Assembly: GCA_947467315.1 (NCBI GenBank)
Contig: CANIID010000001.1
Location: 579-64,578, forward strand
DNA length: 64,000 bases
Source: Betaproteobacteria bacterium
Lineage (GTDB): Bacteria > Pseudomonadota > Gammaproteobacteria > Burkholderiales > SG8-41
Direction: 5' to 3'
Shown one piece after another: positions 27,944 to 37,137 of this stretch. The stretch's first letter is position 1. Every line of letters starts with the position of its first letter. The translations under genes and the position numbers were made by a program. Under the pieces are notes generated by a model. The model was not told the origin of the DNA and made no database searches. It worked only from the letters and a program-made list of their open reading frames with translations.

Positions 27944-28909
27944 TTAAACGAATTTGAACTTTTCGCAGGCTGCGACGAGTTGTTTGCAAATGCCGGGCTC
28001 CCATGCGGCGTGGCCCGCGTCGGGGACGATATGGTAGTCGGCTTCCGGCCACGCGCGATGCAGATCGTCGGCGCTGATGATCGGGCACACGGCGTCGTAG
28101 CGGCCCTGCACGATCACACCGGGGAGGTGGCGTATGCGGTCAACGCGTTCCAGCAGCGAATTGATCGGCAGAAAAATATCGTTCGTGAAGTAATGCGCCT
28201 CGATGCGCGCCAGCCCCAGCGCCACCACGTCGCCGCCGAAATACGCCACGGTCTCCGGGCTGGGCAACAGCGTCGAACACGAGCCCTCGTAGCGGCCCCA
28301 CGCGCGCGCGGCGGGCATGTGGATTGCCGGATCGGGGTCGGTGAGACGCTGGTAATACGCTTTGAGCAAATCGCCGCGCTCGGCTTCGGGAATGTAGCCC
28401 GCGAACGCGCGCCAGGCTTCCGGAAATATATTTTTCAGCTCGTAGAGAAACCAGTCGATCTCGCTTTTGCGGCACAGAAAAATGCCACGCAGAATTAACC
28501 CGGTGCAGTGCTCCGGATGCGCTTCGGCGTAGGCCAGCGCCAGCGTGCTGCCCCACGAGCCGCCGAACACCAGCCAGCGTTCGATGTGCAGGTGCTGGCG
28601 CAGCATTTCCATATCCGCGATCAGGTGCGGCGTGGTGTTGTTTTGCAGCGCACCCAGCGGCGTGGAGCGTCCTGCGCCGCGCTGATCGCAAATCACGATG
28701 CGGTAGTGCTTAGGATCAAAAAAACGCCGGTGTGCCGGAGACGCACCCGCACCGGGGCCGCCGTGCAGAAATATCACCGGCTTGCCATGCGGATTGCCGG
28801 AGACTTCCCAATACATATGATGCAAACCATCGAGTGCCAGCATGCCGGCTTCGTAGGGTTCGATTTCGGGGTACAACTCGGCGCGCAGGGTGGGAGCGTA
28901 ATCAGCCAC
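27944..28909 (-). CDS. pip: Prolyl aminopeptidase (proline iminopeptidase)
   Basis: LYPEIEPY, then HGGPGAG, DQRGAGRS and GGSWGSTLALAYA. GTG 28909 is preceded by AAGGA. Confidence 0.85.
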   Translation of the reverse strand: MADYAPTLRAELYPEIEPYEAGMLALDGLHHMYWEVSGNPHGKPVIFLHGGPGAGASPAHRRFFDPKHYRIVICDQRGAGRSTPLGALQNNTTPHLIADMEMLRQHLHIERWLVFGGSWGSTLALAYAEAHPEHCTGLILRGIFLCRKSEIDWFLYELKNIFPEAWRAFAGYIPEAERGDLLKAYYQRLTDPDPAIHMPAARAWGRYEGSCSTLLPSPETVAYFGGDVVALGLARIEAHYFTNDIFLPINSLLERVDRIRHLPGVIVQGRYDAVCPIISADDLHRAWPEADYHIVPDAGHAAWEPGICKQLVAACEKFKFV

Positions 28910-29000
28910 GGAAAGTCCTTCGGAAACAGGCGTAAAAATAACACAAGTTGCGCGCGGGCTGTACACCGTAAGGATAACCGCCCGCACGTGCTACGATGGC

Positions 29001-29981
29001 GTGATGAAAAAATCGTTCCTGTTGACTAGGGTTCCTGCGGTCCTTACCGCAGCGGTCTTCGCCTTGCCGGTTGCCGCTTTCGCGCAATCGTACCCCACTA
29101 AATCCGTGCGCATTCTCGTCGGCTTCGCGCCCGGCGGCGGCACCGACATCATGGCGCGTTCGGTGGGCGCGAAGTTGAGCGAGTCATTCAAACAACAGTT
29201 CATCGTCGAAAACCGTCCCGGTGCGAACGCCAATCTGGCGGCCAAGGTGGCTTCCGAAGCGGCGGGTGACGGTTACACGCTGCTGTTCATGTCGGTAGCG
29301 CATATCATGAGCAAGCCCGTTTACAAAAATCTTGGTTACGACATCGAGCGTGATTTTGCCCCGATCACCGTGGTGTCGGACGTGCCGAACGTGATCGCGG
29401 CCAATCCCGCGCTGCCGGCGCGCACGGTGAAAGACCTGATCGCGCTGGCAAAGGCCAAGCCGGGTGATATGACCTATGGCACCTCCGGCGTCGCCAGCCC
29501 GGAGCATTTCGCCGGTGAAATGTTCAAGACCATGACCAAAACCAATCTGCTGATGGTGCCGTACAAAGGCGGCGGCCCGCTGGCGATTGATCTGGCCGCC
29601 GGGCAGTTGATGACCAGCTTTTCGACCATGCCGCCGATTATTCCGCACATACGTTCGGGCCGCGTGCGTGCGATTGCCGTCACCACCGAAAAGCGCGCGG
29701 CGGTATTGCCTGATGTGCCCACCGTCGGCGAAACCGTGCCGGGTTACACGATCACCACCTGGTACGGCGCGGTAGCGCCGGCCAAAGTGCCGCGCGAGAT
29801 TATCGTGCGGTTGAATCAGGAGATGTTAAAAGCGCTGCAACTGCCCGACATCAAGGAACGCATGGCCTCGCTGGGTGCGGATATCGTCGGCAGCGGCGTG
29901 GACGCCACCACGAAGTTTTTTGCCTCGGAAGTCGCAAAATACACCGTGGTTGCGCGCGAGGCGAAAATTCAGGCGGAGTAA
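29001..29981 (+). CDS. Bug/TctC-family substrate-binding protein
   Basis: Signal peptide ends AFAQ, then SYPTKSVRILVGFAPGGGTD. Start is GTG 29001 or ATG 29004. Confidence 0.85.
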   Translation: MMKKSFLLTRVPAVLTAAVFALPVAAFAQSYPTKSVRILVGFAPGGGTDIMARSVGAKLSESFKQQFIVENRPGANANLAAKVASEAAGDGYTLLFMSVAHIMSKPVYKNLGYDIERDFAPITVVSDVPNVIAANPALPARTVKDLIALAKAKPGDMTYGTSGVASPEHFAGEMFKTMTKTNLLMVPYKGGGPLAIDLAAGQLMTSFSTMPPIIPHIRSGRVRAIAVTTEKRAAVLPDVPTVGETVPGYTITTWYGAVAPAKVPREIIVRLNQEMLKALQLPDIKERMASLGADIVGSGVDATTKFFASEVAKYTVVAREAKIQAE

Positions 29982-29986
29982 TACGT

Positions 29987-30943
29987 ATGAAGCACGTAAT
30001 TCTAATTTTTGTGACACTGTGCAGCCCGCTGGCGCACGCTCAAAGCGACTATCCCACCAAACCCATCCGCGTCGTCATCGGCACGCCGGTGGGCGGCGGC
30101 AGCGAACTGATGGGCCGCTATGTCGGCCAGCCGCTCACCGCCGCGTGGGGCCAGCCGGTGGTGATCGACGCGCGCCCCGGCGCCAGCGGCAACATCGCGG
30201 CGGAGTATGTGGCGAAATCCGCGCCCGATGGCTACACCTTGTATGTGCCCTATGGCACGCACACCACCAACCCCAGCTTGCAGGCGAAAGTGCCGTACGA
30301 TCCGATCAAGGATTTCACGCCGATCACGCTGATTTCCAAGCAGTACAACGCACTGGTGATACATCCGTCGATACCGGCGAAATCGGTGAAGGAGCTGATC
30401 GCGCTGGCGCGCGCCGCGCCGAAGAAACTCAGTTACGCCTCGTCGGGCACCGGCGCCGCAGGTCATCTGGGCGCGGAGCTGTTGAAACAACTCGCTGGCG
30501 TGGACATGGTGCATGTGCCGTACAAAGGCTCAGCGCCGTCGCGTATTGATTTGCTCGGCGGGCACGTAGACCTGATGTTCGACGTGCTGCGCACCGCGCT
30601 GCCGTTTCGGGAATCCGGCCGCGTGCGGATGCTGGCGGTGGCGGCGTTAAGCCGGCAATCCATTGCGCCCGATGTGCCGACGATGGATGAAGTGGGCTAC
30701 AAGGGATTGGAAGTCATCACATGGCACGCGCTGCTCGCGCCCGCAGGTTTTAACAAGGCGCTCGCCGACAAAATACATGGCGAAATCCGCCGCGCGCTGC
30801 TGGCTCCGGCGATGAAGGAAAAACTCACGCGCGACGGCGTGGATGCCATTGCCGGCACGCCAGCCGAGTTGGATGCCTTCATGCGCGCCGACATTGAAAA
30901 GTGGCGCAAAGTGATACAGGCTGCGAAAATACGCAACGAATAG
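29987..30943 (+). CDS. Bug/TctC-family substrate-binding protein
   Basis: Signal peptide ends AHAQ, then SDYPTKPIRVVIGTPVGGGSE. Confidence 0.85.
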   Translation: MKHVILIFVTLCSPLAHAQSDYPTKPIRVVIGTPVGGGSELMGRYVGQPLTAAWGQPVVIDARPGASGNIAAEYVAKSAPDGYTLYVPYGTHTTNPSLQAKVPYDPIKDFTPITLISKQYNALVIHPSIPAKSVKELIALARAAPKKLSYASSGTGAAGHLGAELLKQLAGVDMVHVPYKGSAPSRIDLLGGHVDLMFDVLRTALPFRESGRVRMLAVAALSRQSIAPDVPTMDEVGYKGLEVITWHALLAPAGFNKALADKIHGEIRRALLAPAMKEKLTRDGVDAIAGTPAELDAFMRADIEKWRKVIQAAKIRNE

Positions 30944-30980
30944 TGGCGCGTCGTGTTTAAGTTGAAGCTCCACGAACACG

Positions 30981-31094
30981 CCTTCCCCTTCAGGGGCAAG
31001 GGCACACTTGAAACGGAGTAGAAGGTTGGGATGGGGGTGGGGTTTGCCCCGATATACCCCATCCCCACCCTAGCCCTCCTCTTGAAGGGGAGGG
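30981..31094. repeat. Composite palindromic repeat, family B
   Basis: CCTTCCCCTTCAGGGGCAAGGG hairpin, then GGGATGGGGGTGGGG ... CCCCATCCCCACCC, then CCCTCCTCTTGAAGGGGAGGG hairpin. Confidence 0.6.
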
Positions 31095-31134
31095 AATTTG
31101 TTACTTGCGAAACTGCGCAAAAGGAGACTGAGTA

Positions 31135-31992
31135 ATGGCAATCCCCAGACTAAACGGCATTATCAAAGCACTCGAATCCGGTAAAAACGCGTTCGTATGT
31201 TTCCAGCCCGGCGACACCGCCAGCGCGCAAGCCGTCGCCACCGAAAAATACGACGGCGTGGTGTTTGAAATGGAGCATGGCGCTTACGATATCAAGTCGC
31301 TGCGCGATTGCCTGCAATACATGCTGAACCGCCAGCAGATCGTGGCTGGCGGCACGCTCGCGCCGCAGGTCACGCCGATGGTGCGTATACCGCCCAACGG
31401 CGCGGAAATGAATCAGTGGATCGCCAAGCAGGTGCTCGATCAGGGCGTGTTCGGCATCGTGTGGCCGCATATCAGCACCGTGGAAGAAGCGCGCAACGCC
31501 GTGGCCTCGTGCCGCTACGCACGCCCTGCCGGTGCGCCGCGCTACGAGCCTGCAGGCCAGCGGGGTGACGCGCCCACCAATGCCGCGCGCTTCTGGGGCA
31601 TATCCGCGCAGGACTATTACGACCGTGCCGACGTATGGCCACTCGATCCCAAGGGCGAAATTCTCGTCGCGATTATGTGCGAAGACGTGGTGGGCATGAA
31701 AAACCTGCCGCAGATTCTGAAAGAAGTGCCGGGCATCGGCGCGGTCATCATCGGCGAAGGCGATCTGTCGCAGAACCTCGGCTTCCCGCGTCAGTACAAA
31801 CACCCGGTGGTGGTGGCGGCGATCAACGAAATTTTGTCCGCGTGCAAAGCCGCCAATGTCGCTTGCGGCCATCCGCACGTCGAAGCCGATAACGTCGATG
31901 AAGTGGTGGCGCAGGGCTTCAAGTGGCTGATGCCACGGCCCGCGCGCTCGAACGCGGTGCTGGATAAGGCGTTGAAGTTGTCGGGGCGGTGA
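31135..31992 (+). CDS. HpcH/HpaI-family aldolase (or citrate-lyase-beta-like)
   Basis: DGVVFEMEHG, then VRIP and IMCE, the family pattern. GGAGA RBS. Confidence 0.75.
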   Translation: MAIPRLNGIIKALESGKNAFVCFQPGDTASAQAVATEKYDGVVFEMEHGAYDIKSLRDCLQYMLNRQQIVAGGTLAPQVTPMVRIPPNGAEMNQWIAKQVLDQGVFGIVWPHISTVEEARNAVASCRYARPAGAPRYEPAGQRGDAPTNAARFWGISAQDYYDRADVWPLDPKGEILVAIMCEDVVGMKNLPQILKEVPGIGAVIIGEGDLSQNLGFPRQYKHPVVVAAINEILSACKAANVACGHPHVEADNVDEVVAQGFKWLMPRPARSNAVLDKALKLSGR

Positions 31993-31996
31993 TATT

Positions 31997-32015
31997 GTAA
32001 GTATATGTTTTTATT
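31997..32015 (-). repeat. AT-rich 19-nt boundary motif, copy 4 (reverse complement AATAAAAACATATACTTAC)
   Basis: Lies 10 nt upstream of ATG 32025. No SD sequence. Confidence 0.6.
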
Positions 32016-32024
32016 GGGTATTTT

Positions 32025-32459
32025 ATGACCGAAAAAGCCGCAACGCTGCGCGATCATCTCGACGATTTCATCGCCGATACGTTGTCGCGCTGCACGCGCT
32101 GCGGCAAGTGTTTTGAAGCGTGCCCGATGACGCGCTACAGCGACGGCCTGTCGCAAGCCGAGCCGAAAGCCGTGGTGTCGGGCGTGCTCGATTGGTTGCA
32201 GCAAACGCCGGGCAATGCGGAAAGTGTGGCGTGGCTCAAGGTATGCACGCAATCCTCGCGCTGCATCGAGGCCTGCCCTGAAGGCATCAACGCCATGAAA
32301 ATGGTGCGCGTGGGGCAGATGAGTGCGATGGGTTCCCTTGGCGTACCGGCTGCGCATGCGGCGATGAGCGGGCGCGAGGCGAAGGATTTTTTCCGCGTCA
32401 TCAATGCGTTTTCCGAAACGCAGATGACGTCCGACGAAATTGATCGTTGGCAGCGATAA
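32025..32459 (+). CDS. 4Fe-4S dicluster protein, HdrC / GlcF-N-terminal-like
   Basis: CTRCGKCFEACP and CTQSSRCIEACP cluster motifs. Confidence 0.7.
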   Translation: MTEKAATLRDHLDDFIADTLSRCTRCGKCFEACPMTRYSDGLSQAEPKAVVSGVLDWLQQTPGNAESVAWLKVCTQSSRCIEACPEGINAMKMVRVGQMSAMGSLGVPAAHAAMSGREAKDFFRVINAFSETQMTSDEIDRWQR

Positions 32460-32463
32460 CACC

Positions 32464-33315
32464 ATGGCCGACAAAGTCACCTTCTGGTACGGCTGCAACG
32501 TGGTGCGCCACGGCGACATCATCCACAGCGCCATCACGCTGCTCGAAGCCGTCGGCATCGAAGTTACTCCTGCAGGTGGCGCGGGCTACTGTTGCGGCAC
32601 CGCGAAAGACGGCAACCTGCGTGCCGCCGAGGGCATGGGCAAACGCACGGTGGAAAAATTCAATGCCCACGGCACCGGGCAGGTGGTGTCGTGGTGCCCG
32701 TCGTGCTATCGCCACATGAATGCGTTCATGGGCGAATACACCGATGCGCAGTTTGAATTGTCGAGCTTCGCGCAACTGCTGCATGCGCGCCGCGACGTGC
32801 TGGCCGCCAAACTGACGCATCGCGCATCAAACGGTAATAAGCGCAAAGTGATGCTGCACAAGCATTTTGGCTTCCACGAAGTCGATGTTAATCCGCTGGT
32901 GGAAGATTTGCTGCGCTTGATTCCGGGTGTGGAGTTGGTCGAGACGGCGGTTTCCTCGCCGGGCCATATGTGTTCGGCGCTCGCGCGCGTGCCGGCGTCG
33001 CTGAAAGACGCCACGCGCGCGGTGTGCGACGCGGCGGCCAGCACCAAAGCGCACACCGTAGCGACGGTGTTCCATTCCTGCCAGCGCCTGCTGTGCGCGC
33101 TGGAAGGCAGCGAGCCGTTCAAGGTGGTGAACTACGTTAACTTATTGACCGAAGCGATGGGCTTGCCGTCGCAAGACGATTACAAGGACTGGAAACTCGC
33201 CGGTTCCGAAGATGCCGTCATCGCCAAGGTGGGTGAAGCGCGCATCGCCGCGATGGGCGAAAAACTATTCCGCGAATCCATACTTCCCGAGCTGCTGCGC
33301 CGACCATCGAAGTAG
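32464..33315 (+). CDS. CCG-domain (cysteine-rich) protein, HdrB / GlcF-C-terminal-like
   Basis: WYGC...GYCCG...WCPSC pattern, with a second degenerate CCG-like half. Confidence 0.7.
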   Translation: MADKVTFWYGCNVVRHGDIIHSAITLLEAVGIEVTPAGGAGYCCGTAKDGNLRAAEGMGKRTVEKFNAHGTGQVVSWCPSCYRHMNAFMGEYTDAQFELSSFAQLLHARRDVLAAKLTHRASNGNKRKVMLHKHFGFHEVDVNPLVEDLLRLIPGVELVETAVSSPGHMCSALARVPASLKDATRAVCDAAASTKAHTVATVFHSCQRLLCALEGSEPFKVVNYVNLLTEAMGLPSQDDYKDWKLAGSEDAVIAKVGEARIAAMGEKLFRESILPELLRRPSK

Positions 33316-33381
33316 CCGTTCTACCGTGTGAGCCGCACAGGCGCTGCGCTATAATCCGCGCTCACCCGAGGTTCACTGTAC

Positions 33382-35676
33382 ATGGACGAACAACTGCGCA
33401 AAGCTGCGCTCGATTACCACCGCTTGCCCACGCCAGGCAAGATTTCCATCGCGCCCACCAAGAGCCTGATTAATCAGCGCGATCTGGCGCTGGCGTATAC
33501 GCCGGGTGTCGCGGCGGCGTGCGAGGCTATCGTCGCTGACCCCGCCGAAGCGCGTAACCTCACCTCGCGCGGCAATCTGGTGGCGGTGATTACCAATGGT
33601 ACGGCGGTGCTCGGTCTCGGCCCCATCGGTCCGCTGGCGGCCAAGCCGGTGATGGAAGGCAAGTCAGTGCTGTTCAAGAAATTCGCCGGCATCGATGTGT
33701 TTGATCTCGAAATCAACGAACGTGATCCGCATAAACTGGTGGAGATCATTGCTTCGCTGGAGCCGACGTTCGGCGGCATTAACCTCGAAGACATCAAGGC
33801 GCCGGAGTGTTTTATCGTCGAGCGCGCCTTGCGTTCGCGCATGAAAATCCCGGTATTCCACGACGATCAGCACGGCACGGCGATTACCGTGGGTGCGGCG
33901 ATCTACAACGGCCTGAAAGTGGTCGGCAAAAATATCGGCGACGTGAAGTTGGTGGTGTCGGGCGCGGGCGCGGCGGCGCTGGCGTGCCTGGGTTTGCTGG
34001 TGAAGTTGGGGATACGCAAAGAAAACATCGTCGTTACCGATATCGCTGGCGTGGTCTACAAAGGCCGCAAGGCGTTGATGGACCCGGACAAGGATGTTTA
34101 CGCGATTGAAACCAGCGCACGCACGCTGGGGGATGTGATCGCGGGCGCGGATGTGTTCCTCGGCGTATCGGCGGGCGGTGTGTTGAAGCAGGACATGGTT
34201 AAGAAAATGGCGAACAAGCCGTTGATATTGGCGCTCGCCAATCCCGAACCTGAAATATTGCCGGAGCTGGTGCGCGCAGTGCGCCCCGACGCGGTGATCG
34301 CCACCGGGCGTTCGGATTACCCGAATCAGGTCAACAACGTGTTGTGTTTTCCGTTTGTGTTTCGCGGCGCGCTGGATGCGGGCGCGACCACGATTACCAG
34401 CGAGATGGAGCTGGCGGCGGTGCGCGCGATTGCCGAACTGGCGCAGGCCGAGCAATCCGATGTGGTGACGGCGGCCTATGGCGAGCAGCAGCAGCCGTTC
34501 GGCCCCGAATACATCATTCCGCGCCCATTCGATCCGCGGCTGATTGCACAAATTGCGCCCGCAGTGGCCAAGGCCGCGATGGACAGCGGCGTGGCGACAC
34601 GGCCCATCCTGGATTTTGACGCGTATCGGGATCGCCTCAACCAATTCGTGTATCAATCCGGGCAGATCATGCGCTCGGTATATGCGGCGGCGAAAAAGGC
34701 GCCCAAGCGCGTGGTGTATGCCGAGGGCGAGGAAGAACGTTTCCTGCGCGCCGCGCAGCAGGTGGTGGATGACGGCATTGCGCGGCCAGTGCTGATCGGC
34801 CGCCCGGATGTGATCGAGGCGCGCATCGAACGGTTGGGCTTGCGCTTGCAGCGCGACAAACATTTTGATCTGGTCGATCCGGGCAACGACGCGCGCTATC
34901 GCGAATACTGGGGTGAGTATTACCGGCTGACCAGGCGCCGTGGCGTATCACAGGAACTCGCCAAGCTCGATATGCGGCGGTTGCCGACGCTGATCGGCGC
35001 GATGCTGGTTCACATGGGCGCGGCGGACGCGATGCTGTGCGGCATTCTTGGCCAGTACAGCCGCCACCTGCGCTACATCGACCGCGTGATCGGCAAACGC
35101 GCGGGCGTGAACCATTACTCGGCGATGAATGCGCTGCTGTTGCCCAAAGGTACGGTATTCATTTGCGACACCTATGTAACGTTCGATCCAACCGCCGAGC
35201 AGATTGCTGAATCGACGGTGCTGGCGGCGGAGGAGATCCGCCGCTTCGGCATCACGCCCAAGGCGGCGATGCTGTCGCATTCGAGCTTTGGCGGCGGCGA
35301 TACGCCCACCGCGAACAAGATGCGCGCGGCGCTGGAGCTGGTAAATCAATTCGCACCCAACCTCGAAATCGATGGCGAAATGCAGGGCGATATGGCGTTG
35401 TCGGAAGAAATCCGCAGCCGCGCGTTGCCGGAAAATCGGCTCAAGGGCGCGGCCAATCTGCTGGTGATGCCCAATCTCGATGCTGCGAATATTTCGTTTA
35501 ACCTGCTCAAAGCGGCGTCGGGTGACGGCATCACCGTCGGGCCGATCCTGCTGGGCGCGGCCAAGCCGGTGCATATCATCACGCCTTCATCGACCGTGCG
35601 GCGCATCGTCAACATGACCGCGCTGGTCGTGGTGGATGCCGGGGCGCAGCGCGGCGAGCAAAAAAGTCTTTTGTAA
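33382..35676 (+). CDS. maeB: NADP-dependent malic enzyme with C-terminal phosphotransacetylase-like domain
   Basis: LDYHR.PTPGKI, then [18 protein letters not shown], and a 330-aa PTA-like tail. Confidence 0.9.
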   Translation: MDEQLRKAALDYHRLPTPGKISIAPTKSLINQRDLALAYTPGVAAACEAIVADPAEARNLTSRGNLVAVITNGTAVLGLGPIGPLAAKPVMEGKSVLFKKFAGIDVFDLEINERDPHKLVEIIASLEPTFGGINLEDIKAPECFIVERALRSRMKIPVFHDDQHGTAITVGAAIYNGLKVVGKNIGDVKLVVSGAGAAALACLGLLVKLGIRKENIVVTDIAGVVYKGRKALMDPDKDVYAIETSARTLGDVIAGADVFLGVSAGGVLKQDMVKKMANKPLILALANPEPEILPELVRAVRPDAVIATGRSDYPNQVNNVLCFPFVFRGALDAGATTITSEMELAAVRAIAELAQAEQSDVVTAAYGEQQQPFGPEYIIPRPFDPRLIAQIAPAVAKAAMDSGVATRPILDFDAYRDRLNQFVYQSGQIMRSVYAAAKKAPKRVVYAEGEEERFLRAAQQVVDDGIARPVLIGRPDVIEARIERLGLRLQRDKHFDLVDPGNDARYREYWGEYYRLTRRRGVSQELAKLDMRRLPTLIGAMLVHMGAADAMLCGILGQYSRHLRYIDRVIGKRAGVNHYSAMNALLLPKGTVFICDTYVTFDPTAEQIAESTVLAAEEIRRFGITPKAAMLSHSSFGGGDTPTANKMRAALELVNQFAPNLEIDGEMQGDMALSEEIRSRALPENRLKGAANLLVMPNLDAANISFNLLKAASGDGITVGPILLGAAKPVHIITPSSTVRRIVNMTALVVVDAGAQRGEQKSLL

Positions 35677-35709
35677 CTACTCTTCGCTATTCATATAGCC
35701 GGAAAAATC

Positions 35710-37128
35710 ATGAGCAAAAACACACGCATAGAACACGACACCATGGGCGACATCGAAGTCGCCAACGACAAATTGTGGGGCGCACAAACCGAGCGCAGCC
35801 TGCACCATTTTCATTTTCCCGGCGAGACCATGCCGCATGCGGTGGTGATGGCGCAGGTGATGGTGAAAAAAGCCGCCGCGCTGACTAACATGGCGTTGGG
35901 TGTGCTCGACAAGAAAAAGGGCGCGGCCATCGTCAAGGCAGCGGATGAGGCGCTGGCGGGCAAGCTCGATGCGCATTTTCCGCTGGTGGTGTGGCAGACC
36001 GGTTCCGGCACGCAAACCAATATGAACGTGAACGAGGTGCTGGCCAATCGCGCCTCTGAAATTCTCGGCGGCAAACGTGGCATGGATCGCCTGGTACACG
36101 AGAATGACGACGTGAACAAAGGCCAGTCATCGAACGATACGTTCCCGACGGCGATGCACGTCGGCGCAGTGATCGCGCTGCAAAAGCAACTGATCCCCGC
36201 AGTCTGGAAGCTGCGCGAGACACTCAATAAAAAAGCCAATAAATTCATGGGGATAGTGAAGATTGGCCGCACCCATCTGCAAGACGCCACACCGCTGACA
36301 CTCGGTCAGGAATTCTCCGGATACGTCGCGCAACTCGATCACGGCTTAAAGCATATGCAGGCATCACTGCCGCATTTGTGCGAGCTCGCGCTCGGCGGCA
36401 CGGCGGTGGGCACGGGGTTAAATGCCCATCCGAAATTCGCCAAAGACGTGGCCGCGCAACTGAAAAAACTCACTGGCCAGCCGTTTGTCACCGCGCCCAA
36501 CAAGTTCGAGGCGCTGGGTTCGTGCGACGGCGTGGTGCATGCGCACGGCGCGTTAAAAACCCTGGCCGCCTCGCTGATGAAAATCGCCAACGACATCCGC
36601 TGGCTGTCGTGCGGCCCGCGTTGCGGCATTGCCGAGATCATCATTCCCGAAAACGAGCCGGGCAGTTCCATCATGCCGGGCAAGGTGAATCCGACACAAT
36701 CCGAGTCGATGACCATGGTGTGCTGTCAGGTGTTCGGCAACGATACCGCCATCAACGTTGGCGGTTCGATGGGCAACTTCGAGCTGAACGTGTTTCGTCC
36801 GATGGTGATCCGTAACTTCCTGCACAGCGCGAGTTTGCTGGCGCACGCCTGTGAAAACTTCGACGAGCATTGCGCGCAGGGTATCGAGCCTGATCTGGAT
36901 CGCATCGACAAGCTGATGCGCGAATCGCTGATGCTGGTGACGGCGTTGAATCCGCACATCGGCTACGCCAATGCAGCGGCGATTGCCAAGAATGCGCATA
37001 AAAAAGGACTCACGCTCAAAGCGTCGGCGATGGCGATGGGGCATGTTACCTCCGAGCAGTTTGATAAGTGGGTGCGCCCGGAGGATATGGTGGGGATTAA
37101 GTTGAAGGCAGGCAAGGGCAGGAAGTAA
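35710..37128 (+). CDS. fumC: Class II fumarate hydratase
   Basis: [15 protein letters not shown] signature. The N-terminus [10 protein letters not shown] is typical. A short Lys-rich C-terminal tail is present. Confidence 0.92.
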   Translation: MSKNTRIEHDTMGDIEVANDKLWGAQTERSLHHFHFPGETMPHAVVMAQVMVKKAAALTNMALGVLDKKKGAAIVKAADEALAGKLDAHFPLVVWQTGSGTQTNMNVNEVLANRASEILGGKRGMDRLVHENDDVNKGQSSNDTFPTAMHVGAVIALQKQLIPAVWKLRETLNKKANKFMGIVKIGRTHLQDATPLTLGQEFSGYVAQLDHGLKHMQASLPHLCELALGGTAVGTGLNAHPKFAKDVAAQLKKLTGQPFVTAPNKFEALGSCDGVVHAHGALKTLAASLMKIANDIRWLSCGPRCGIAEIIIPENEPGSSIMPGKVNPTQSESMTMVCCQVFGNDTAINVGGSMGNFELNVFRPMVIRNFLHSASLLAHACENFDEHCAQGIEPDLDRIDKLMRESLMLVTALNPHIGYANAAAIAKNAHKKGLTLKASAMAMGHVTSEQFDKWVRPEDMVGIKLKAGKGRK

Positions 37129-37137
37129 CTCGAAGAG

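Noticed and set aside
33664-34863. 399-aa minus-strand ORF, and many similar ones (for example 828-1724, 11480-12454, 26055-26753, 44633-45364)
   Set aside because: All lie antisense or out of frame within genes that carry clear family motifs on the other strand or frame. Their Arg/His/Gln-rich composition is the usual artefact of high GC.
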